NCBI GenBank assembly: GCA_963749075.1
Contig: CAVVLJ010000020.1
Location: 736,001-800,000, forward strand
DNA from: an uncultured Pseudomonadota bacterium
GTDB lineage: Bacteria; Pseudomonadota; Alphaproteobacteria; JACZXZ01
DNA: 64,000 nucleotides
Direction of reading: 5' to 3'
This document shows, piece after piece, positions 55,933-64,000 of this stretch. Every line of letters begins with the position of its first letter. Within the stretch, counting starts at the first letter, position 1. Below the pieces are notes generated by a model. It saw nothing but the letters and a program-made list of their open reading frames with translations, searched no databases and was not told the origin of the DNA. Made by a program: the position numbers and the translations under genes.

Positions 55933-58900
55933 ATGAGACTTGAGCGAAGTTACGCCATCGGCCTTGGGCTCGTGGCCTCCGTCTATGCGGCCTATTACGG
56001 CTGGATGCTGGCCGCCTCCGACTTCATGCCCTATGTGCTCGACGGCAACGAATCCTTCTCGGTGCTGATCCACGCGCACAACCTGTTCCACTATGACTTC
56101 TTCAAGTCGTGGGGGCTCGCCGACGAGTTCGTACGGCTTATCCCCGGCGGCCCACCCCTATCTCCATACCCATCAGGGGAACATGCCGCGGCTCTTCGGC
56201 TTTCTCATCTACGTCCTCGGCGCGCGCACGATCGAGAGCCAGATTGCCGTCACCTTCCTCGTCGTCGGCAGTGCCACGCTCCTGGCTGCCTACCACGGCG
56301 TGGCGCGCCTCGTCTCGCCGCTCTTCGCCACCGTCTTCTGCCTCCTCTTCTTCACCGATTACATCCTGGTCGCCGAATGGCACGTCGTCACCTACCGGGT
56401 GTGGTACGGCTTTCTCTTCTTCACGGCCCTCGTCTGCGTGGTCGAGGCGGGCGGCGAGCGCTGGCGCCGCTGGGCGGTACTCCAGGGCGCCGTGTTCTTC
56501 CTCGCCTTCTATTTCGAGCTCGTGAACGCGGTCATGCTCGGCGTCGTGTTCGCGGCCTTCGGCGCATTTCTCCATCGCCGGAGGCCGCGGCGCGCGGCGG
56601 CCCTGGTGCTTGCCGAGGGCATCGGCGCGGCACTCGCCTTGGGCCTCCTCTTCGGCCAGCTCGCCGCCGTCTTCGGCCTTCACGACGTGGTGCGGGACTT
56701 CGAGCTCACGCTCCACGCGCGCAACGCCGCGACCGATCCCGCCTTCGCCCGGGAGCTCCACGCGTTCTATGCGTCGCGGAACATCGCCTTCTGGTACAAT
56801 CTGGTCGACGGCGACCGCTACCGCTCGCTCGGCGCCCTCGTCAGATCAGAAAGCTGGTACGTCTATCAGGTCTATACGCCGGTGCTGCTGCTCATGGCGG
56901 TGCTGCCCGTCGTCGGATTCGCTTGCGGCGCCGCGGTGGATGCCGTTCGGCGCCGGGGGCTGAGGCTCGCACGAGCCGAGGTGCTGGCGCGCAATAGGCG
57001 CCTCGTCGACATGGCCGCCGCCCTCGTCCTGGTGCTGGCGGCCGTCCTCCTCTGCCTCATCCCCGATGCGCGGTTCCACGGCATCGCGCGGGAGGGCGGT
57101 GCTTCGGCCGGCCGCTTGATCGGACCGCTCCTCGGGCTCGCCCTCGCCGGAGGTGTCGCGATGCTCTGGCGCCGTGCCGTGCGTCGTCCGCTCGCCCGCC
57201 TTTCGAGCTGGCGCTATGCTCGGCGAGCTGCACCTTACATTGCTACCGTGGCGCTCGTCGGCTGGCTCTGGCCGCGTCCTTTCGACCAGGAATTCGCGCT
57301 GCTCTGGACGGCCGCATTCCCCTCGGCGGCGTGGCGCTGGGGATTGGCGCTCGGGCTCGTCGCCGCATTCCTCTCGGGCCTGACGCTCGCTTGCCTCGGC
57401 GCGCGCGCCGCGCTGGGGCAGGGCCGCCTCCGCGGCGTCGGGAGCGTGGTGGTGCTCTTCGTCGTCTGCCAGGCGGCTTATGCCGCGGTCTATTGGCTCT
57501 CCCCGGGTTATGTGCTGACCGGCTATGCCTGGCGCTATGCCGCCTTCGCGGTGTACTTCGCGGCCCTGCTGCCGGCGCTCGGAGCCTATCTCGTGGTCGT
57601 GGTGGCGCTCCGCAGCCTCGCGGCGTTGCGGGCGGGATGGCACCGGCGCCGCCTCCAGCGGCGGCGGCTCGTGCCGCCCTCCCTGCCTGCCGCCGGCTCC
57701 CTGGCAGCGGCGGTACTGGCGACGGTCGTCCTCGCTGCCGCTTGGGCCGAGCTGCAAGCGACCTACGCAACGCTCCTGCCGCCCGACCAGTATGCGGGTA
57801 TCCGGCGCTTGCGGGCGCCGCCCTTTGCCGGAGCGTCTTTCGTCGTCGGCAATTATGCGGCACCGGTTGCCGCCATGACGCATCAATGGGCCTATCTCGA
57901 CTTGCGCATCGGGAGGGTCTTCACGGAGGTAACGCCCGAGGGCATCGTCCTGGGGCGCGATGCGACGAGCTATTTGTGGCTGGCGGATCGGGCCACCAAC
58001 ACGGCCTATCGGGAGCCGGACTATTTCATGTGCCTGGTGCGGCCAACCCTCAGATCGGTTCTTGCCACTTTGGACCCGGCCGGCTTCAAGGACCCGAACG
58101 GGCGGTGCGCGAATCTCGGTCTCGTCGAGATCGCCGCCGAGGGCATAGGCCCATTCACGCATCGCCTTGTAGCCGAGGATGACACGCGTCGGGACAATTG
58201 GGCGATCGTCAAGCTCGACAACGACACTCACCCGGTCATCGAGCGGATTGCCGCGCAGCTTCAAGTCATCGACGGCAGGCCGCAGCTTTCCTTGCAGGCG
58301 ACGATCGGCAGCCCGCGTCTCATTCGATTGCTGCCGCCGCGCATCGAGGTTTTCGCGCATCCGGGAGCGCCGGTTTGCCGGCCATCGGACGAGGGGGAGC
58401 GAGTAGCCCTCTCGGAGGATGGGCGGCCCGTGATGCTGCCATGGCCCTTCACGGGGAGCGTTTTCGTGCGCGTGACGCCTCGGACGACGGTCAACGAAGG
58501 ACCGCCTCTCTGGCTGCCGGGGCTCCGCCATGCGGATGACCCCGGCACGGACGGGAAGGAGCCCCGCTGGGATATGTGCCCGTATCACATTGCAATCGAT
58601 GCGACCGGGCGCGGCAACTTCGCGACGTTCGCGGCGGGCGGCTGGTCGGGCCTGGAAGAGGAGGGAAGATGGAGCGAGGGCCGGAAGGCAGCGCTCGTCA
58701 TCCCCGACCTTGGAACTCCGCCGGGTCCCTTGTTGCTCACGTTGGAAGCGCACGGCTATGTGCCCCGGGCTCATCCGACGCAGCGAATTTCGCTCGCGTT
58801 CGACGGCCACCCGATCGGAACGCTCACGATGATCCACGGCGAAGCCGCGCGCTCCTATCGCCTCGTCGTGCCGGCCGACTCCGTCGCCTCCGGGGCGCGG

Positions 58901-59458
58901 ACGATCTCGTTCGCGATCGCCGATCCGCTCTCGCCGGCGGACGTGGGCGAATCAGACGATGCTCGAAAGCTCGGAATCTTCGTCTCCAGGGTCGCGGTGG
59001 ATGAACTGCCTTCCGCGCAAGTCCCCGCTTATTCGCCCGGCAGCGACATCGACTTCCGGGCGGGCGGCAATGCGCCGGCGTATGAATTGTCCGGGTGGGC
59101 GGCGCCGGAGGCGGCCGGGACATGGATGCTCGGTTCCGACGCGACGCTCCTCTTTCGTCTGGGCGCGCCGGTGGACCATGACCTCACCTTGTACCTGGAG
59201 GGCACTTCTTTCTTCACGGAAAGCCGGGCGCCCCAGGCCGCGGAGCTGTCGCTCAACGGACAGCCGATCGGCCGCGTCTCCTTCGACACGAAAGGCGCCT
59301 CGGCGGCGAAGCTCGTCGTTCCCCGCTCGCTCCTCGCCGGCTCGACGACGATCGTCTTGCGTATTGCCGGCGAGCCTGCGGTATCACCGCACCAGCTCGG
59401 CATGTCGGACGACGAGCGCCCGCTGTCGCTCAATCTGAGGCGCATGCGTTTCGAGTGA
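55933..59458 (+). CDS. paralogue of the preceding large membrane protein, apparent +1 frameshift at 56128
   Basis: PYVLDGNESFS...GLADE|SYGLSPAAHPYLHTHQGNMPR is restored by deleting one T. C-terminal repeats GWSGLEEEGRW and GWAAPEAAGTW. Confidence 0.7.
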
Positions 59459-59582
59459 GGGCGCCGCCCGGCGCCGCGCATTTCGCCATCTCGGCCGTTG
59501 AGACGCCGCCCGCGTCTCGCTGTGACCGGCTGCGACCTCATCCTCGTCGCGGGCGCGGCAGCCCGGCGTTGGAGCGGGCTCC

Positions 59583-60479
59583 CTACCCGGCCGGCTTGCC
59601 CGCCGTGAAGGCGACGGTGGCCGTCTTGTGCACCGCGGCCTGAAGCAGCGTCACCGGCAGGAAGGGTGCTATGAGGAGCGCGTACCACCGCACGCGGCCG
59701 CTCGGCGGCACCTTGAGGCCGCAGCGGTCGGCGAGAAAATTCTGAATGCCGGCGCTCCAGCCGACCGTGCGGAGGCGCCAGCTCATGCGCACGTCGCGGA
59801 AGCCGGACTCGGCGAGGGCGCGGCGGAGATTGGCGTCGTCGAACAGCACGATGTGGCGGGGCACGTGCAAGGCGCCCCAGTAGCGCCCGAACAGCCGGAA
59901 GTCGAGACAGTCCGTGTTCGGCGTCTCGCCGAAGAGCACGCCGCCCGTCTTGAGGAGCGCATAGGCGCGGCGGAGGATCGCGAGAGGGTCGCGCGCGTGC
60001 TCGATCACGTGGCCCATGCGGATGAGGTCGAAGCTGGCCTCGGGGAAGGTGCAGTCCGTGAGCTCGCCCGTCTGCACCGGGAGTCCGAGCTTGCGCGCGC
60101 GCTCCGCCGCGGCGGCATCGATCTCGACGCCATGAAGCTCCCAGCTGCCGCGCTTCTTGAGGGCGAGCAGCGCCGCCCCGTTGCCGCAGCCCACGTCGAG
60201 AATGCGCCCGCTGCGGCCGGTCAGCGCCGCGATGCGTTTCGCGTCCTGGGCGTAGACGACGCGCGACATCCAGCTGATGATCGTGTCGCTGTTGTAGGCG
60301 GAGTAGTCGGGCGGGTAGAAGCCGCCGATCTCGGCAGCCGCCGGCAGAGGGTCGAGGAAGACGAGCGCGCAGGCGCTGCAGCGGGCGAGGCGCCATTCTC
60401 CGGGCACGCCGTGCTCGTAATCCCGTGCGGCGAAAAGCGGCAGCGCGGGCGCGCCGCAGAGATGACAGGCCGTGGCCAC
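59583..60479 (-). CDS. class I SAM methyltransferase with zinc ribbon
   Basis: CHLC...CSAC, ILDVGCGNG, HVIEH and HVPRH motifs. Start uncertain. Confidence 0.85.
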   Translation of the reverse strand: MATACHLCGAPALPLFAARDYEHGVPGEWRLARCSACALVFLDPLPAAAEIGGFYPPDYSAYNSDTIISWMSRVVYAQDAKRIAALTGRSGRILDVGCGNGAALLALKKRGSWELHGVEIDAAAAERARKLGLPVQTGELTDCTFPEASFDLIRMGHVIEHARDPLAILRRAYALLKTGGVLFGETPNTDCLDFRLFGRYWGALHVPRHIVLFDDANLRRALAESGFRDVRMSWRLRTVGWSAGIQNFLADRCGLKVPPSGRVRWYALLIAPFLPVTLLQAAVHKTATVAFTAGKPAG

Positions 60480-60498
60480 CTCGCGCGCGGCCGCGACG

Positions 60499-61533
60499 CT
60501 ACGCCGCGGCACGGCGCGCGAGCGACTGCTCCTGCTTCCAACGGCGAAAGACGAAGCGGAAATAGCCGGGCCCAAGCGGGATCTTGAAGCCCCTGGCGGC
60601 GAGTATCTGCCGTGCCAGCGGCAGGTTGTAGTAAGGCACGCCGGGGAGGAGATGGTGCTCGAAATGATGCTCGCCGCCCAAGGGCACGATGACGAGGCGC
60701 TCGAAGAGGTTCGCCGCGGTGCTGCGCGTGACCCAGCGCTCCTCGGCGGTGCGCGGCCGGTAGCCCGCCTCGAAGCCGTGCTCGCTGAGGGAGCGCAGGC
60801 GGATCTGCGCCGGGTAGAGCGTCAGGACTGGGAGCACGTAGAAGTAGAGGTAGAACTCGGGCCCGATGACCGCCCAGTAATAGGCGACGAGCGCCGCCTG
60901 GGCGCAAAGCGCCGGCAGCATGATGTCGATCTTGCCCGCGAGCTTGCGCAAGCTGAGCGTCCGCCACGGTGTGGCGCTGTAGCTCTTGCGGTCGGACTGC
61001 ATATACTGCAGCAGCCGCTTGACCGCCGAGATCATGAAGACGTCCTGCAGCAGCATGCGGAAGAAGCTGGCGGTCGGCTCGTCCGGCTGGCCGAAGAGGA
61101 GGTCGGCGTCGCCCTCGTTGTTGAGGTAGATGTGATGGGTCTGGTGGGAGAGCGCGTGCCCGGTCCGCGGGTATCCCATGAGCGCCGCTGCGACGACGCC
61201 GACGATCTCGTTCCACCGGCCGCCCGCAAAGAGCTTGCCGTGGCCGCAGTAATGCACGATCGAGGCGAGCGAGTTGAAGTTGTGGATGGTCAGCAGCACG
61301 CAAGGTATTGCCATGAGCGGGTTCGGGATCAGGAGGTAGAGCAAGGGCACCGCGGCCGTGGTCGCCAGCACGCCCGCGAAGTCGACGAGCGCGCGGAGGC
61401 TGTGCGTCCGGTGCAGCGCCGCGATCTCCCCGCGCGAGAAGCTGGCGGCCTTCAGCAGATCGCGATAGGTGCGCGGCACCTCGTCGCCGAGGTCCGACGC
61501 CAAGCCGTTGATATCTTGTTCGTTTTCAGTCAT
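60499..61533 (-). CDS. membrane fatty-acid desaturase/hydroxylase family protein
   Basis: His boxes HYCGH, HQTHH and HHFEHH..PGVPYYNLP, EH motif, TM segments. Confidence 0.85.
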   Translation of the reverse strand: MTENEQDINGLASDLGDEVPRTYRDLLKAASFSRGEIAALHRTHSLRALVDFAGVLATTAAVPLLYLLIPNPLMAIPCVLLTIHNFNSLASIVHYCGHGKLFAGGRWNEIVGVVAAALMGYPRTGHALSHQTHHIYLNNEGDADLLFGQPDEPTASFFRMLLQDVFMISAVKRLLQYMQSDRKSYSATPWRTLSLRKLAGKIDIMLPALCAQAALVAYYWAVIGPEFYLYFYVLPVLTLYPAQIRLRSLSEHGFEAGYRPRTAEERWVTRSTAANLFERLVIVPLGGEHHFEHHLLPGVPYYNLPLARQILAARGFKIPLGPGYFRFVFRRWKQEQSLARRAAA

Positions 61534-61722
61534 CGGAGCCTGTGGACGAGGGGCCTGCCGCCGCTCCGCCTATATAGTGGCCCGGGCCTGCCCGGTCAAT
61601 CGCTCAAGCTGCCCCTGGGCCATTGCGGTGGGCCAACGCGGTTGAGGTGCCGCGCCCCGCTCTGTTAGGTTGAGCGGAATGCCGCAGGTCACGGCCTCGC
61701 GGTCTGCACCATGGGAGCGGCG

Positions 61723-62418
61723 ATGAAGAAGCGAGCAAAGCCGGCGGAGACGACGCGCGAGCCGCAATACGTGAACAGCCTCGACTACCGCGACCGCCAC
61801 GGCCAGGAGCCCCTCGGGCTCATGATGAACCAGGCCTGGTTCGACGACCCCAAGCGGCTCACCTTCACCTTCTCGCGCTACAAGTTCGTGGCGAAGATGC
61901 TCGAGGGCTGCCGCAACGTGCTCGAGGTGGGCTGCGGCGACGCCTTCCCGAGCCGCATCGTGCAGCAGTCGGTCGGGCGGCTCACCGTCGTCGACTTCGA
62001 CCCCGTCTTCATCGCGGACGCGAAGGCGCGCCAGGTCGAGGGCTGGCAGTTCGCCGGCGCCTTCGTCCACGACCTCCTCGAGGGGCCGGTCCCCGGCAGC
62101 TTCGACGGCATCTACGCGCTCGACGTGCTCGAGCACATCGCCCCCGAGCACGAGGCGCGCTTTCTCGCCAACATGACCGCCTCCCTCGAGCCGCACGGCA
62201 CGCTCGTCATCGGCATGCCGTCGCTCGAGAGCCAGGCCTTCGCCTCGCCCACGAGCAAGGCCGGCCACGTCAACTGCCAGACGCTGCCCCAGCTCAAGGC
62301 GGGCATGCAGCGCTTCTTCCACAACGTCTACATGTTCTGCATGAACGACGAGATCGTGCACACCGGCTACCACAAGATGGCGCACTATCTCTTCGCACTC
62401 TGCTGCGGGAAGAAGTGA
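61723..62418 (+). CDS. class I SAM-dependent methyltransferase
   Basis: RYKFVAK, VLEVGCGDA and DVLEHI motifs. Confidence 0.85.
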   Translation: MKKRAKPAETTREPQYVNSLDYRDRHGQEPLGLMMNQAWFDDPKRLTFTFSRYKFVAKMLEGCRNVLEVGCGDAFPSRIVQQSVGRLTVVDFDPVFIADAKARQVEGWQFAGAFVHDLLEGPVPGSFDGIYALDVLEHIAPEHEARFLANMTASLEPHGTLVIGMPSLESQAFASPTSKAGHVNCQTLPQLKAGMQRFFHNVYMFCMNDEIVHTGYHKMAHYLFALCCGKK

Positions 62419-62449
62419 CGGGCTTGCGCTCGCGAGCCCGCGGCGGCGC

Positions 62450-63430
62450 TCAGCCGCCCATCTCCACCGCCGGCTTCTCGGCCACGCCTATGACCTGGAG
62501 GCCGGCCCGCTCGAGGCCGGGAAGCGAGGTCGTCCATTCGTCGAGCCTCGTCGAGAGGCGCGTGAGCGCCGCGATGCCTGGCACGAAGCGGAAGAGCCGG
62601 TTGAAGACGAGCACGTCGCTGTTCATGAAGAGGCAGAAGCCGAGGAAGCCGTGGGTCCGCCAATGGCGCGGGACGAGTCCGGCCGCCTCGAGCACGGGCA
62701 CGGTCTCGCGATGGAGGAGCGGGCGCTCCGTCGTGTGATCGAGTGCCGGCGAGAGGCGGTACATCACGGCGCGGATGGCGCGCCAAAGCGCGAAATCGCT
62801 GACCGGCTCGCGGAAGTAGAAGCGCCCGCCCGGCTTGAGGATGCGCGCGATCTCCGAGAACAGCTTCCCGCGGTCGCGCACGTGATGGATGCCGCCGAGC
62901 ATGAAGACGCTGTCGAAGGCCCCCTCCGCGAGCGGCAGGAAGGTGGCGTCGCCCTGCACGAAGGCGAGGTTGCGGCCGGGGTTGGCCTTGATGGCCTCCT
63001 CGAGCATGCCGACCGCCACGTCGACGCCGACGCCGCGGCCGACCGCATGGCCGAGGAGCTTGAACGCCTCGCCGCGCCCGCAGCAGATCTCCGCGACAGT
63101 GCCGAGGTCGCGCCGCTCGACCGCCTCGAGGAGCACCCGGTCGAGATAGGCCATGTATTCGCGCGTGTGGGGATAGCCGAGGTTCTCCACGTAGTCGCGG
63201 CCGATCTTCTCGTAATGCGCCTGCTGCACCCGCGCGTCGGCCGAGCAGAACTCGGCGGCGAAGAGGGGAATGCCATGGGGGCCCAAGGCGTAGCGCCGGC
63301 GCTCCGAGAGGCCCACGAGCGAGCCTTCCTCGAGCGCCAGCGCATCGCCGCTCACCGGGCAGCGCAGCAGATCGAGGAAGCCGCCGAGTGCGGCCGGGCG
63401 ATCCACGGGTGGGGGGCTCTCGATTGCCAT
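62450..63430 (-). CDS. class I SAM methyltransferase with Trm112-like N-terminal module
   Basis: LLRCPVSG...GIPLF, EICCGRG, LPLAEGAFD, GIHH and RILKPGG. Confidence 0.82.
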   Translation of the reverse strand: MAIESPPPVDRPAALGGFLDLLRCPVSGDALALEEGSLVGLSERRRYALGPHGIPLFAAEFCSADARVQQAHYEKIGRDYVENLGYPHTREYMAYLDRVLLEAVERRDLGTVAEICCGRGEAFKLLGHAVGRGVGVDVAVGMLEEAIKANPGRNLAFVQGDATFLPLAEGAFDSVFMLGGIHHVRDRGKLFSEIARILKPGGRFYFREPVSDFALWRAIRAVMYRLSPALDHTTERPLLHRETVPVLEAAGLVPRHWRTHGFLGFCLFMNSDVLVFNRLFRFVPGIAALTRLSTRLDEWTTSLPGLERAGLQVIGVAEKPAVEMGG

Positions 63431-64000
63431 CAGCGCGGCTCCACCCCGGCCGCTCGGCGGCCGACGGCCGACCAGGACATCTCGTTGACCCAGGCGAGCC
63501 TCACCTCGACGAGGCCGGCCCCGCGCATCAGCGCCTCGACCTCGGCGCGCGACCAGTAATGGGCGATCTTGGGCAGCATCTGGTCGAACACGATCGAGCG
63601 CAGATGGCGGAAGGCGAGGCGCCGGAGGAGGCGGAAATACTCGATGCGCCCCATGCCGAGGCGCAAGCCGAGCCAGAGGAGCGCCGTCGGATAGAGCGCC
63701 AGGTGATCGACGAGGGCCACCGGCAGGCGGCTGAAGAGAAGCCGGCGCAGCGGCGTGAGCCCATGGACGATCCAGCGGTTGTTCTCGAGCCCGTAGACCC
63801 AGATGAGCACGCGGCCGCCGGGCTTCGCGGCACCCGCCATGGCCGCGAGCGCGCGCGCGGGGAATTCCAGGTGATGGATCACGCCGATCGAGAACACGAT
63901 GTCGAACGAGGCCGAGGGCTCGATGTCGTAGGCGCTCTGCTCGCGCACGGCGACCGCCGGATAGCGCTCGAGCGTGCGCCGCGCCGCGGCGAGCGAGCGC
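63430..64000 (-). CDS. class I SAM methyltransferase, 5' end outside the window
   Basis: FDIVFSIGVIHHL and AKPGG..LIWVYG motifs. TGATG coupling to the downstream gene. Confidence 0.8.
   Translation of the reverse strand, partial: RSLAAARRTLERYPAVAVREQSAYDIEPSASFDIVFSIGVIHHLEFPARALAAMAGAAKPGGRVLIWVYGLENNRWIVHGLTPLRRLLFSRLPVALVDHLALYPTALLWLGLRLGMGRIEYFRLLRRLAFRHLRSIVFDQMLPKIAHYWSRAEVEALMRGAGLVEVRLAWVNEMSWSAVGRRAAGVEPR

Noticed and set aside
1-64000. mobile elements, tRNA or rRNA bounding the island
   Set aside because: No transposase, integrase, terminal inverted repeats or RNA-gene signatures were recognised by eye.

Overview
High-GC bacterial window, probably an alphaproteobacterium (inferred from gene content and GANTC-linked indels). 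Almost all of it is one large cell-surface glycan locus. It contains wzm/wzt with an FkbM/coiled-coil capping enzyme, fcl, and a 9.8-kb operon for a heptose-derived or other higher-carbon sugar (gmhA, gmhB, a domain-swapped HldE-like enzyme, several NAD-dependent epimerases/SDRs and a Cys-less UDP-Glc-dehydrogenase homologue). It also has two polyprenyl-phosphate glycosyltransferases, about ten GT-C/YfhO-like polytopic membrane proteins, 11 SAM methyltransferases and a desaturase. The most novel element is embedded at 15778-20124: a three-gene Fap-like secretion unit. It encodes a small secreted precursor with a Sec signal, a double-glycine-type leader and a 43% tyrosine heptad-repeat core, plus a FapF-like outer-membrane barrel and a lipoprotein C39 peptidase. 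A G1 glutamic peptidase is transcribed divergently from it. Other notable items are a ~3-kb tandem duplication leaving a decayed gene with a 14-bp x4 repeat, four paralogous small membrane/winged-helix-like proteins, and seven apparent frameshifts that all lie at or next to GANTC sites and are probably sequencing artefacts. No rRNA, tRNA, CRISPR or transposase was seen. All family calls come from motif recognition by eye, not database searches.
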